A stretch of 63,314 nt of DNA, filler included, from Rhabdomonas costata (taxonomy: Eukaryota): assembly GCA_019059605.1 (NCBI GenBank). It is 19 parts of 19 records of this genome, joined end to end, with 100 filler letters (N's around TTAATTAATTAA, not from the genome) between each part and the next. Parts side by side here need not be neighbours in the genome. Positions count along the whole stretch, not along the records: positions 1 to 3,242 come from JAHMHO010001129.1; positions 3,343 to 6,578 come from JAHMHO010001130.1; positions 6,679 to 9,915 come from JAHMHO010001131.1; positions 10,016 to 13,251 come from JAHMHO010001132.1; 15 more parts are not named here. One strand, given 5' to 3'. A program made the position numbers and the translations under genes. The notes beneath the pieces were generated by a model that was given only the letters and a program-made list of their open reading frames with translations, made no database searches and was not told where the DNA came from. Positions within the stretch are counted from its first letter, which is position 1, and every line of letters starts with the position of its first letter. This document shows positions 1 through 13,351 of this stretch, piece after piece.

Positions 1-1094
1 GGGGTTTGGTCAGGCCCATCTGGGACGCCTTCTTGGAGGTCTTGCTCGCTGGGGTCGAGGGTAGTCCTGAGGCCACCGGCTTCGCCGGGCACAGCCCTTG
101 CGGGGGTGCCGCCACAGTGTGTGGGAGGGACTGTGGTCCAGCGGATGCAAACGGAGTGGCCCGGCAATCAGAAGATTGCATCCTTGCCGCTCTGAGGACA
201 ATTCGGAGGAAAGCAGTGCAGCGAGTTGCGACCAGCGAGGTTAACAGGATTCGGCCAGCATTTTCTGCATCCGGGATCAAGGAACACCAGAAAGTCCACT
301 TATCCAGAAAAAAGGAAAAAAAATCGCGCTGAGAAAGAGCACGGAAACAGCAGAATAGATAAAATCTAGTTGCGGGGTTCCCCGAAACCGATATAGAGCT
401 GACAGGGCTGTGTCTTCACACATGTGTGAAGCCATATTCTCAAACCGACGTGTCACCAACAGTTCCGAATTTGCCCCAGAGGGGAATGGAGATTCATTGT
501 GCAACTCAGCCTCCCACCACAGTAGAAGCTTGTTCGCGTTGGCAACGTTCCAGCGCAGAAAAATCGTGATTTCGCACGCCTGAAATGCCAAGAGGGGAAA
601 TGAGGGACATCGGTCATCAGACCGCACAACCAGAAAATGTCCACTTTAGGCAATTTCGGACTTTCTTTGTGTGTTTACCCCTACCTCGTTCTTTTTGAGA
701 TGACACTGGGCATACCAGAAAAAACCGTCGCGGAATCCAAGGAAGTCATGTGGGCTCATTTTCGAATGCAGAAATCCCTTGTGTTGAACCCTCCCTCCGG
801 GCGAGAATGCGGTGGCTCGATGAAATGGTCTTCTAGATGCTTTCAAATGGAAAGAAGGCTCATTGATCCGATTTCTTTCCGTTGCTTAAAAAGGGACCAA
901 CTGTCACCATATATTGCACAACCACCGGCGAAATCGTGTTCTTGGCTTATGCAGGCTGTTCACCTGTTAACCAACGTGGTTGCCATGAAGCTGTTTGCAG
1001 AACTGATGTATGAAAAAAGGCAATGCCGTGATATTGGGCCAGTCACAAGCCGCGGTGAAGGCCTGAAGGGCAGGAGCACGAAAGGAATCCCGAG

Positions 1095-2976
1095 TCAGTC
1101 CACAGCCATGGGAGCACAGCTGGCCGCTTCCGCTGCCTCAGTTATTGACGGCGGGGATTCACTTTGAAGCTCGAGCTGCAGACACCCTGAAAAGCGCAAG
1201 GAATATCCCGCCCCACCCTCGCATAGTCCGAATCTCGACAATTGCCATGCATTAAATTTAAAGACGCCAACAATCGTCAACTCGCACTTGCCCTCGTAGC
1301 GTCCTGTCAGCATGGAAATTGGCATTCGCCCACACGTCAGCTGGGGTTCTTCGGTTGATGGGGCGGTGGAGTGGAGCCCAAACAACAGGAAGTCCTCGTT
1401 CATGAAAGCATACGTCTCAACTCTTGTTCGTCCGCAGTGGTCTCCACATCGGTGTTGAACCGAGGAACAGTCACCTGCCCACAAAAGCAGAACTGGTGTC
1501 AAGTCAGCTCTAATAAGTGATCAGCACGCACACACTGGCATCAAAACAGCGGGATCAACCTAATCATCCGAGCCTCTAGAAGCCATCTTGCCATTTGAAA
1601 GAGAGGAAACTTGTCTTTCTGTTCGAGTCATCGCGTCACAGTCATAACGGGGTTCACAGATTATGATGTGATTGAAAATTTACACAGCAGGAGTTCAAAT
1701 TCAAGATAAATCATTGGAAGGCTCGACAAGAGAGAAGATTTATGCGCAGGACATTAAATGGGACCTAATTGAGGCGTTGACGTGCTCATGTGGGGTTAGT
1801 GAGCATTGGCCCCACCTGGTGCCCTCCAGTGACCATTCGGTGAGAACAAAGACAAAAGAACCTCCTGCGGACCGTGGCACGCGACAACATTCATACCAGG
1901 TCTGATTCGTCGAATATGTCGCTGAAGTATGGGTGGCGAAGCGCCTCGGCGGCGGTGAAGCGGGGCCCTGGGAAGAAAGTCAGTAGCCGCCGGAGCAGCG
2001 CGATACCTGAGGAATCCCACCCCACAACCCAACCACACAGAGGATGAGGCTCTTTTTGGTTACTTGCGCCACAGAAGATTTTTGCAGTGAGGTATGCAGT
2101 GAGGTTTGTGTGCACTCTGACGAAGAAGGGTCTATCAAAAGTCTATCAAAAGCGGCGCGTGACTACGCCTCAGATGAAGCCTATGAGCTGACCTCTAGCG
2201 GAGGAGACAGCACCCCTTAGCCCCGGTACCACTGATTCAGATATACACATACCACAATGTTACGCGCAAATCGGAGAAACGTCGCCTTATCGAATTACTT
2301 GATTATATGGCACTCCTTCGGCTCCTTTTTTATTTCTGTCTCTCAAACAAACAAACAATATCACACAAGTCCAGTGTTCAAAGTCCAGCGCACCCAACAG
2401 CCGCACAAATGCAAAGGGAAGAGGAGAACGTGAGTCGGGAAAACAGTGCAGTTTGAAGGGAGGAACAATAACAAAAGCTTTCCAGCAGTCAGTGAAGGAA
2501 ATACTGGTGAAACAAGACAACAGCAGCAACTACAAAGGAGTCCACTACCATAAACGCCCACACACTCCCACACATGCCCACACACATTTCTGTCTCTCTT
2601 TTTCCTCATGTTTACAATTTATGATGTTGTTGATGATGACAAGGACAACAAGGACCCTTTTCTGGCTCTGTTGGAGTGCGTGCGGGATGGACATTTGCTG
2701 TGACGGTTCCTTTTCTGAGCTTCCTTTATTGAAGGAGTCAGGGTTAGTTCAACTGGCCACCTCCCCCTGGGATAAGAGTCAGGGTTAGGTAAACTGGCCT
2801 CCTCCCAGAAAAAGGAACACTGCCGAAGGTATGCCGATTATATTACCAATATCTCAACCACCAACCCCCACCCCCAACTCTCCGTCGCAAAAACCTTCTG
2901 AAGGAGTACCAGCAGGAAAAACATGGGCGACACTCTCCGGGACCCCTCGCGGGAGCTGCAGCAGCAAAACCTTAAC
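1095..2976 (-). CDS. MAP kinase (CMGC), 3' part, 4 exons
   Basis: GT-AG exons 2976-2895, 2006-1897, 1474-1414 and 1186-1095 splice in frame to VKVLLLQLPRGVPESVAHVFPAGTPSEGIALLRRLLTFFPGPRFTAAEALRHPYFSDIFDESDLVTVPRFNTDVETTADEQELRRCLQLEL...VD*. This is kinase subdomain XI plus a MAPK CD-like tail (HPYF..D..D). Confidence 0.85.
2735..2806 (+). repeat. Imperfect tandem duplication, ~41-nt unit, in MAPK intron
   Basis: gagtcagggttag..aactggcc.cctccc occurs at 2735 and again at 2776. Confidence 0.75.
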
Positions 2977-3242
2977 CTGAGGGACACACCCATTGACCAC
3001 AAAGGACGCGTCCACAGCACGCTTGCGGACGCGAATCCCTCTTTTCTCTTTCGGAGAGCCCCGGATCGGTCCAGTTCTGGCATCACATGAGTCAACAAGG
3101 GGATCGGAGCCATGTAAAGTCCAACAGATTCGACGTTGCTTCGAGGGAGATCCGTGACACACAAAAACACTCTGTGCACTCCCGATGCATCCCACCACAC
3201 ATGCCACAGAACACGCCGATTGGTCGGGCACCGCGGCCACTT

Positions 3243-3342
3243 NNNNNNNNNNNNNNNNNNNNNNNNNNNNNNNNNNNNNNNNNNNNTTAATTAATTAANN
3301 NNNNNNNNNNNNNNNNNNNNNNNNNNNNNNNNNNNNNNNNNN
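3243..3342. other. Artificial contig linker (N44-TTAATTAATTAA-N44, stops in all six frames); first of 18
   Basis: Identical 100-nt linkers at 3243, 6579, 9916, 13252, 16621, 19956, 23290, 26655, 29996, 33330, 36664, 39997, 43332, 46664, 49995, 53328, 56660 and 59987. They separate similar-length contigs. Confidence 0.99.
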
Positions 3343-3603
3343 CAAAACTCAAAGATGGGTCCAGAACTGTGGGGCGAGCGATATGCAGCGAGGTGGTAAA
3401 CTGGGCACATATAGAGATAAAGAGAGTAGGGTGACGAGCACTGGAAACCATGACAAAAATATGTCCTTTCATTCTCTCAGTGCAACTAAAAGGAAGCTAA
3501 AATGTCCAGGAGCCGCTTGCAGGTACCTGGGGAAAGGAAGGAAAGCTGATTCCTCCGACAACTCTATCCATGGCCAGAGGTAGAAAGCGAAACCTCAGCG
3601 TGC

Positions 3604-6476
3604 CAGGCCTTTCGGAGTCAGTCTTGTCGTCTTCGCCCCCGGGGCCGTTCAAAAAGGTGTCCTCCGCCATCTCCTGCAGCCGGACCTCCGCGCCCAGGGG
3701 CCCGGCCGGGGCCCGGCAGGCCTCCAGCATCTGCATCACCAGCTCTGCGGGAGGGCTGCGCTCCGAGGTCAGCCCGTGCTGCTTGGCGAAGGCCGAGATG
3801 GCGGCGTGAGCCCCGGAAAAGTCGCCTTAAGGGCAAACACCCAACCACAGGGCATACACCCGACAAAAAACATTTGACAGAGTCCAACAATAAAAATACA
3901 CATAAGTCCAAACATTTCGAAAAGCAAGGGAACAAATCAAAAGAAAATAGACAATAATGAATACGGTAGGTAACCGTAGACTTAAATTATTTTTCCTTTT
4001 AAACCCTCTTAAACCCTCCCACACCCAACGCCACGGAGGAGGTTCGATCTACTCACCGCTTGGAACGAACAAACACACGAACCTCACCGCTAAAAAGCAC
4101 ACCCGACCATCGTTTCTGCTTGGAGGAATGAATGTGAGCGATTTCATCGCTACTTCAATGCATCAAGAATGGACTAACTTCCTTCCTCTGCTTCCAAGGC
4201 AACATTTGATTACCAATATTGGATGCTGCACGGGAAAAACGGAAAACGTGTGAGTGCGCGCGCGCGCGTGAGCCGGACGCACGCCGCACATCTGTCACCT
4301 TCACGTGCCGCCGCACTCCTAGGCATTGTGTATGATGTCAACCACACCGTACATGCATGCCTGCCCTGCACCGTGCCTTCTTTGCCACACCCTACACACC
4401 AGCCGTGTGTATGTGTGCATGTGTGCCTTGGGCGTACATCGCACTGGCAGTTGCGTGAGTGACTGGTTGGACCGCTGCTGGCCAGCGGTGTTTCGCGAGA
4501 AGTAAAGGTTCGCAGCCAAACGAAAGGAGAATGGATGGTATCCTCCCTTCTCCTTTCCCTTTCCCCCGCAACTAGTACAGCTATTACAGTGCGTGTGTGT
4601 GGGGTGCACCTCGGTAGAAGGTGGTAACGCATCGTGCCCACTCAAATTGGAGGGGATGGGGATGCTTCCCACCCGCACCGCCGTCCGCAGGGGCGAAAGA
4701 GTACAACCATTCCCCTACACAGGACAAAGCGTCATGGAGACAGACGTCAATCCACAATCAAAAGGGCCGAATATTGGATCGGCGGAAATTGGTGAACGCC
4801 ACGACAAGCAGACCTCACGGCTTGAGCTTGCGCCTTGTGGTATGCAAACGCCATTCGATTTCATCCACGCCGAGGTTAGAGCTGCATGGTTTCGAGGGAC
4901 TTGACGACGAGCGCGGCCTCAGTGAACTCCGTAGTGCCAAAGTGTTTGGAATAGTTCGGTTCCGTTCAAGGAAAAAAAGGAGGGTTTGCGCGAAACATGC
5001 GCAAAGCCAAGGCAAGAGGCAGGGTTGTTCGTGCAGCCAATCATACAGCCAGGAAAGCAATACATTGATTCCGGGGACAAATTCCATGGCACCGCCTAAA
5101 ACATGACATCCAGCTTGAGAGAACACACCTTCGAAGTCCGTCCGCGCTATAACCGGCTGGAGAAAAGACACACATTCACACACCGTCGAAGTCTGTCCTT
5201 GCTGCGGAGGCCGAGGGCACCAGCTCGAAGACCCGCCCGAACTGCAGCGCGGCCTCCGCGTTGTACACCACGTCCACCAGAAAAAGCGCGTCCTGGCTGC
5301 CCTGCTGCCACACGCCTTCGTCTGAGGAACGGAAGGTCGTTGATATTCAACACGTACAATCACATATATGGCATTGCTCCTTCAGCAGAGTCAGCCAGAA
5401 GAACAACAGCACCAGAGAAGCACAAGAGTGCGGCAGAAAGCCTGTGTACTCGTCACAGAGTATATGCACAACTGCTAAGACTTCACAGTGCTAGGTATAT
5501 GCCCTCCAACTTCCTCATATGGCTGCCCTTTGTCTTGGGCATCCCGGGATCTGGGAGTTGCATGCAGGGTTTGCTGCACAGTGACCTGCTGAAATTCGAA
5601 CAACCGAACTGAATCATAATGCTCACTGAGCCTTTAATTATATTGAGCGGCGGTTTTTAATCAATGTGAGAAGAATAAAAGCCTGCGAACTGCGAGCAAG
5701 CCCCCGTCCATTGCTTCAACTCGTACGGATTCGTGTCCACGCGGCCTCAGCCAGCCCTTCCAAGTTCAGCAGAAGGAGTTGAAGGTAACGGTCATTCAAA
5801 AAATTTGCGGCACACTCTCTGGGGTCTGAGTGTGTAGGGGTAAGTTATTGTTCACAGTTTATTTGCTCACATTTTCGGACCCCTACTCCACCACTGCACA
5901 TCGACGCACACTGATACACAAAAGCATACCTCTCGATTCCGATGTGCACTGACTTTTCTTGTTTTCCGTGGCGACCATTGGGAGAGAGGGAACAGCACTG
6001 TATTTTTGGGAGGTACAGACCGGAGAGGATTGCGGTCTTGTAGAAGTGATTCAGCTCCTGAAGGAGCAAGGCCTTTCCCATAACTGGACCCAAAACCTGC
6101 AAGCAACAATCCCCCAAACGTCACAACAGTTCATTTTTTCGAAATGCTCCGTTTTCGGTCATTAGAGAGTAACTCAACTCGCGAACAGGAATAATACAAC
6201 CGCAAGAGATAGGGGAGACCCTAAAACCAACGAAACCAACATCGGGTAGTATCAGGGTAAGCATTGCAAGTGGAGCGAAACGTAGGTGATTCTCATTCTA
6301 GAGAGACACCCACTCACTACTGATTCCTTCACTCAATCCGTCACACACACCGAGAGGTTCGAGAGCTGATCGCAACCCACGGACGAGTACCACGCCTCGC
6401 CGTACGCCAGCCCCATCTGAAGCTGGAAGCTCGAGCCCTGCAACGCGGCAGCCAGCCCAGAGGCTGTTTCGCAGGC
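3604..6476 (-). CDS. Class III nucleotide cyclase-like protein with degenerate catalytic domain (partial, at least 5 exons)
   Basis: Exons 6476-6351, 6096-6021, 5825-5727, 5321-5184 and 3825-3604 splice in frame: ACETASGLAAALQGSSFQLQMGLAYGEAWYSSVGCDQLSNLS|VLGPVMGKALLLQELNHFYKTAILSD...RVFEL. This parallels the cyclase pattern RIGIHxGxVxVGxxG...T-VxGDxVNxAxRLExxN..ILIS. Confidence 0.7.
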
Positions 6477-7005
6477 CTGCGCAAAGACCCACTCCAACTC
6501 CAACTCAGAATCCCAGCACTATCCTCACCCCATGTTGATCGCAGTTCCTTCTTGTATCCCTTGCGGAAAGTGGATGCANNNNNNNNNNNNNNNNNNNNNN
6601 NNNNNNNNNNNNNNNNNNNNNNTTAATTAATTAANNNNNNNNNNNNNNNNNNNNNNNNNNNNNNNNNNNNNNNNNNNNGTTGTGGTGTGAATACTTGGCC
6701 TGCTTAGTCTCAAGTATTCACACCACGGTTCTTAGCAGTGTTACACGTTCCACCGTACAAGAAACCCGCCGCACGTGATGCGTACATTGGTATCATGTGC
6801 GGGATTGTTTCACTGTTCCCATTTGTTCTATTTTTCTCGCTTCGCGTACATGCTTGAGTGAGACGAAAGGGCAGCCACCACAGTAAAAGAACCGAGGAAG
6901 CGCACATATATGTGAGGGGCATCCTTCTGTGTCCGTCTGTTTTTGTGCCTTTCTTTCCAATATAACGATTGGATTTCCGCGCGGTCTTCCGTTCCCTGCG
7001 TGTCT

Positions 7006-7098
7006 GCGTCTGAGGGCATCATCGCTACTCATCTGTTTCGGTACTTTTTCACTGCGTGTCTGTTTGCTTGCGTCTAAGGGCATCATCGCTACTTATCT
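7006..7098 (+). repeat. Imperfect direct repeat (29-nt core, 64-nt spacing)
   Basis: gcgtct(g/a)agggcatcatcgctact(c/t)atct at 7006 and 7070. Confidence 0.8.
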
Positions 7099-7434
7099 TG
7101 CATCTTCATCTCTCCTGTCTGTCCAGTGTCAATGGCTCGCCTCGTCAGTTGTTCCATGTTTTTTGGCGTCTCATGTATACCTGCCCAACACCTGCCACCA
7201 GCACCTCTTGCTTAACCAGCTTACCCGGCTATCAGAGTGAGAGAAAGAGTGTGAATTAGTGAGATTGTGAGCGTGTGCCTCCTCCCTTACTCGTCCGGCC
7301 TTTCCTATTCTATCATGTCCTATTCCTATCCCATCCTGTTCTCTTGCCTGCCAAGCTGCAAGATGTCCCTGAGTCCCAACTTCAACCGACTTTCCTTTAT
7401 CTCTCCGACATTCCCATTTCCCCTGCACTCACAG

Positions 7435-9094
7435 GACTCCAGCGACGGCGATGAAAGCGATGGTCAGGCCGATTCTGGCCTGTTAGCGCAGGACCCCTTG
7501 GTCGAGGTTCTGATATGTTTTGCGTTTTGCCTCACCCCTGCCACCTTTTGGTGACTAGAGACTTCTGATGTCCGGCGCGTTTGCTGTCATGGATGCAGTC
7601 TGTCCGTAGCTTCAGTGGGGGAAGGGAAAATGCCGAAATATATATTTCGGAAATTGCTCATCCTGCGATTTTGCTATTTTCCAAAATTTATCAAACAAAA
7701 ACGCAAGTATGAGATCGGAGTTCGGTGCTGTGAAAGGGTGGGGTGTTGGGTTAGGTCGACGCGTCCATTGTGGAAGGGCGGGGAGTACCCCCGGAGGACC
7801 TGTTCCACGCCTTGCGCTGCGAGCTGTGCGGGTGTCAAGTAGGGGTGGTAGACCTGAATGAGATCTACCACCTCTTTAAGGTTGTCCCCTCCAACGCCTG
7901 AGAATTTGGGCGGTGGCTGGCAACCCCCCACTGTCGCCACTGCTGCCGCCGGAAGGACGTTTCCGGCCCTTCGGAGGGAATTGCTCTGGTATTTAACTGG
8001 GAAAATGCGGAGACTCTCTCCGTACTTGGACCCCATGATTCTCGGCTGAGCGCTGAGGTCACTCGGTTCTGAGAGTTTTTGTATAGCTTCTTTCCACCTC
8101 AGAGGGCCTGGGGCTGTTTTTCGAGCCATCAACCCTGCTGTAGAGTGAGAATGACAACACTTGGTGTGGGGGCCAGTTCTCCCAGTTCTCCCTTTTGTGG
8201 AGGCATGAAAACTCCGTACCCAAGTACATACCCCAAAGCCAACTTTGTTGTGTATGGTTTCTGTTGGCTGCTTTGCAAATGTTTGCTTCGCCACGGAAGA
8301 AGCCAGGAAGAGAGGCTCTTAACACAAAGGACAAGTCTGGAGTGTGAGTCATGGGAAGCGAGAAGATGCAAGCAGCAAAAAGTCAATTGGCCTTATGTAC
8401 TGGCGGCCGCTTTGGGTCGGCCCTTAACTTTGAAAGCATCCTTGAGCAGGTAGTTAACTGGCTTGTGTGGGCTCCTTTTCGTTCAGCTTTTTGTTTACTG
8501 CAGCTGCCTTCATATCATGGCAGGGATTACCGCTGAAGTAAATCAGCATTCCTTGAAGCTGGCCCGCCCCCTACCGTGACGTTCGAATTGTTCTGAATCG
8601 CCGGAATCTGCATCACCCAGATACCTGGATCACAGTCAACGCCCCCACCTCTATGCGTACGTATCTATCGAACAGCTCCCTTAACGGTAGCGCCATGCTA
8701 CTCGAACCTTTTTCTTTTGTGTCCCGGTATTCTGCATTCTTACCATTGTTTTTTCTGGGATGCTTGGGTTTGACGATACCATAATCCTCATTTGCTGAAA
8801 CCTCGACATACCGGTACAGAAAATGTTTTCGTCAAACCGCTGCACGAAATTCCTCCCCTTCAGCTTGAATCGTTGGCAAAAGTAGTTGTCTCTTTCCTTT
8901 TCTCTTCTCACCGTATGATGCGTCGTGGGTGGGTGAGTGGTTGGATTTAGCGTGTACTCCCGAGTATTTGTTTTGCTGGGTACGCGATTCCCGTCTATGG
9001 CACCGGGGCTGTTGCGGTGCGGGGAAGGCGAACATAGCTGATGACTCAGATGTCACTGCGTGGCTCGAGGGACGTGCATCACCTGAAGTGTTAG
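7435..9094 (+). CDS. Hypothetical multi-exon protein (fragments)
   Basis: GC-rich AG/GT-bounded segments read DSSDGDESDGQADSGLLAQDPLVE|VDASIVEGRGVPPEDLFHALRCELCG, then ...SALNFESILEQ and ...NIADDSDVTAWLEGRASPEVL. No family recognised and the downstream joins are unresolved. Confidence 0.4.
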
Positions 9095-10581
9095 GCACGT
9101 GTGATTTTGGCGTCGTTGTTGCTCAGGACCTCCGAGAAACAATGTTTGCAGTGACTGAAAGGCACCTCGAGTGCCTTGTGTCGGTACCCAAAGAAAGCGT
9201 TCGGTTTCCATTAAATTAAACTTCTTGCAATGGGAATTGTACCAAAGCATGGCGTCACGTTCGTCTGGACAGCTCGTAGCTTGGGGTGGTCATTTTGGTC
9301 TGTCGTCTAGGTTGTCGAGTTGTTGTTTCCCTTAAAAAATAACCAGGGTCAATTCCCTAAATTCTTGCTGCTTGTTGCTATGAAACACGTTTGGACCTCA
9401 GTACATTTGCAGTGAAAACGTTCTTTCCACTGGCGTATCAACTCAAAGTGAGCTTCAGGGCAACCGTCCGTGGGTCCCTGGATAAGGAAAACCTTGGGAA
9501 CCAGCAGAAGCGGTCCCTCCCATCTTCAGTCTTGTTGTTCTGCGCAGTCTCCCCAGATTAACACCAGCTGATTTTGGCCACCATCTTGTCCAGTGCACCT
9601 CCACTACTGCTGCTGGCGCAGGTTTGAATGCGAATAAACAGAAAAAATAAACAGTACCCAAGTAGGGGTGCAGCGACGTGCGCAACGAAACCAACCAAAG
9701 GGTGGCCATCAGATCTTGAAACGTCTGCGCGAAATGGAAGCTAACGGCTCAGGTCTGTTGATACTCAAAAGCAGTATTAAAACCAATCAAGCCCGGTTTG
9801 GCATGCTGACCCAAATTTTGTTTGTCCCCTATTCGTCTTTTCTTGTTCCCTCTGCCAAAGGCTGTTCCGTTGGCATTTGCCAACGGAACAGCCTTTGGCA
9901 GAGGGAACAACACACNNNNNNNNNNNNNNNNNNNNNNNNNNNNNNNNNNNNNNNNNNNNTTAATTAATTAANNNNNNNNNNNNNNNNNNNNNNNNNNNNN
10001 NNNNNNNNNNNNNNNTGTGGTTTTTCCCCTTGTTTTCATCTTGTTCTTGACTTGCTCGTTGTTTTGCCGCGCAACTGGTGGTTTAGGTGTTCGCGCGTTG
10101 CACCGTTTCTTTGATGCGGCCTATGTCTTGACGCAGAAAGTGCGCTCCCCCCCCCTTTTTTTTCCCCTTGCAATATGCTGCCTGTGTGCCTGTTGCTTTG
10201 GCCCTTCTGTCTTTAATTTTTAGTTATTGGGTTTTCTGGCGGGGCCACTTTCTGGACAGAACTGTTCGGAGGGCATGCTAACCCGAACACGTTTCATAAT
10301 AACCAGTGCTTCTGCCGTTTGATAGGATGATCTCACTATATCTGGCTCAGATGGTTCGGATTTACGCATAAGCTGCACTCATCCAGACAGAAACCCCCTG
10401 TCCAAAACCCCAATAGATAAGCTACGTGGCGGCCGAGATTGTGTTTCCAACGTTACCCAGCGTCACTTGCCCGCTCAAATTATCAAAATCAAGATCAATA
10501 GAAACCAGCGCAATGCAAAAGGTTTCACACATTCACAGACAAGGAATTACGGTCAGCGTCGAAGCCCAGAGCAACTATCAA

Positions 10582-13251
10582 TCAGGGAGCCTGCCGACCC
10601 CGTGGCGGGGCCGCTGGCTTCGCACCCCTTGGCTTTTGGGGCTTGTGAGTCCATGCAACCGCCGAGAGTGAATTGCCAGTGTGACCTCCCTCCGACTTCG
10701 CAGGATGGTCCCCACCGCCCTGACAGCGCAAGTGAATGAGGAAAACAGAGGGTGACGCATGGCACGCGAAGTGACATTGAATAAAGTGGTTTTGGGCGAG
10801 AAAAATGCTTTAACGAGTCGCTGGATTAGTGGGTCTTCAATTCCGCAAATACCTTACTGTCTAGCTGAGGCCAATTTTCGTCATCATCCACACACAAGCT
10901 GAACTGGACCCTGCAATCAGCAAACCTGTGTGTGGCAGGAAAAGGCAGAATCTAGAAACGCCCAGCGAAGCAGAAGCGTACCAAGGGAGGTGAGCCCGGG
11001 AGGTTCGTCTGAAGGACAGCCTGGACCCGGACCAGTGCCGCCTCTACCGCGGACTCCTCCCCAAAGAGCACCACCTGCAGGCGCTCCCGGTCCACCCGGA
11101 GATCGCAGCCACACTGTATGGGGGGGGACCGTTTGGGAGGGGGGCGATCCCCACACACCGTCGTGCACGACATCAAACATACACATGCACTAGAGAGACG
11201 AGAAAAGGTATTGTACCAGAAAATCGAGGGCGAAACCTCGGAAATCCCAGGCTCCGGGAGCGCTTTCAGCCTCTGCAGGCCAACATTCCTCATATACTCA
11301 CTGGGTTAGGTGTAAAGGAGACACTAGAGCGGACAAGGTGAGGCATAAATCCATATTCACGGTATAACACGCTGGCCTCGCTCAGACGAAATGGTGAAGG
11401 CTCGACCCCAAACAGAATTCCTTTGTGAAACATGGGGGCCTGGTTGGTAAGATGGGCTGCGCCCGAGCGCAAGACTGACCAGAGTCTCGAGCAGCAGCGA
11501 AACTGAAGGCTTGGGATTAGAGAAATCACATACACGTCTATGCACATCCACTTCAACCGAAACTCATGATGAACATTAATTTGGTTCCACAGCAATGCAG
11601 CGGCACAAAACAGCACTGGAGTCCCGAAACGATGCTGTGCCCTGTGTCGACATCGTGCCTTGCAGAGCCAAATAAAAAATAAAAAAAATGAATAAAGCGT
11701 ACCCACTGACGCGAAGGGAATCAGAAACAGACAGTGCGAGAGTGAGGGGGCACCTCTTTGGAGATCCCGGTGATGGTGCTGCCCCCAGTGCCAATAATTA
11801 CGCCAACGGCACCACGGCTGGGCAGAGCCACGCGGCGGACACGGGCCTCCATCTCCTCCTGGCACCCGAAGGAGCGAAAAATGGGTGATGGTGGTGGTGG
11901 TGGGGAGGGGCCTGGAGGCTCGCAAACAGCGCACATTGAAAAGAAAAATGTCACCTCCAGTGCATGTGTGTGTGGTAATGCATCTCTATCGATACTTAAC
12001 TCACGTAGTCTCTTGAAGTATCGGTATCTGTTCAACAGAGGAGTCGAGAAACATTCCTTCTTTGGTTAGAGTTCCCGTAGCAGAATTCGGATAGTATGTG
12101 ATGCAGCAAGGAATGAGGTTGAGTCTGGTGCCAGAGCATCGCACCGCGTCTGCATTAGCATGGCACCGAGTCTGCATTCACAAATGTTTGTGCAAAGGCC
12201 TGCACACACAAAAGCAGATATATAAGCACACACCACGAGGGCGGTGACCCGGCTTGTGGCCTCTTTGAGCTGCGGGGGCAGCCCTACCACAACCACACAG
12301 GTGTTCACGCGGTCCACCCCAACCTCCGCGCAGCCTGAGACACACACACACACACCAGCCCATCGGTACACCACCTTTTTCACCCCCTCCGCCCTCCCCA
12401 AAAAATAAAATGAATGAGGAAACTTGACTCACAAAGGGGATATTTTCAAATGGGCTTTTCTCTTGGGCTCAGAAGAAGTCCGTCATTTTGCGGGCAATTT
12501 GTCCGATTTCCAAGCACGGTACGCGCGCTCTCATTGGCTCTTCGGCGCTCCCTTTAGGGGAAACGCCTGAAAATGCAAAAACTTGCTTCTTGGCAAGCGT
12601 ATTAGCTGAACGCGCACAAAAGGCACACCGCACAACCCACATAAATGCTGTTGCCCGTGGGCCTGCGGTCACACAGAAGACTCTAAATGAAGATCCCTAA
12701 GACCAGCAGCCCACACCAACGCACCAGTGTCTGCGCGGATCTGGTGCAGGGCACTGAGGCGCTTCCCAGCCTCCCGCCGGCTCAGCGGCCCCAGCAGAAG
12801 GGGCTCACAGGGGACCCTCGCAGTAGACGGCTGAGCAGAGCACCCAACCTCACTCAGCAATGAGCGGATACACGCGAATCACAAAACGAAAGAGTTCCTT
12901 CCCCATGCCTTTACACATAAGGCACTTCCCACAAGGAAGGGGGGGCTGCACCCATACCAAAAAGACCAACGGTCTCGTACGGTCACCCACGGAGATCAAG
13001 AGTAATCCCTGATATGGACTGCAAGTGGGTGTTTCACAATTCGCGAAGAGACATGGGCCAACCTCGTGGTCGCGGATCAGTTGGCGGATCCGCGCCTCGG
13101 CCTGCTCCACACTCTCCGCACTACCAGAAACCACCACCTGCACCTGGGCCGGCGAGGCGCCACCCTCCGCCCCTCGGTCCACATATGCCCTCCGGCACCC
13201 ACAAGCTCGCCGTACCTCCTCCAGCGGGCAGACCACCACAACCCCCAAACA
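10582..13251 (-). CDS. Multi-KH-domain RNA-binding protein (partial)
   Basis: In-frame spliced exons give three KH-like units, including VALPSRGAVGVIIGTGGSTITGISKE|CGCDLRVDRERLQVVLFGEESAVEAALVRV (canonical GxxG loop) and VQVVVSGSAESVEQAEARIRQLI. Probable terminal exon ends at TGA 10582-10584. Confidence 0.85.
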
Positions 13252-13351
13252 NNNNNNNNNNNNNNNNNNNNNNNNNNNNNNNNNNNNNNNNNNNNTTAAT
13301 TAATTAANNNNNNNNNNNNNNNNNNNNNNNNNNNNNNNNNNNNNNNNNNNN

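Noticed and set aside
1..332. GC-rich coding-like segment at the window start
   Set aside because: Several frames on both strands are open with no motif, so strand and frame cannot be assigned.
3287..3298. Regularly spaced TTAATTAATTAA palindromes, resembling a CRISPR-like or periodic element
   Set aside because: They are always embedded in N runs of fixed length. This is an artificial six-frame-stop contig linker, and the ~3.3-kb period reflects size-sorted contigs.
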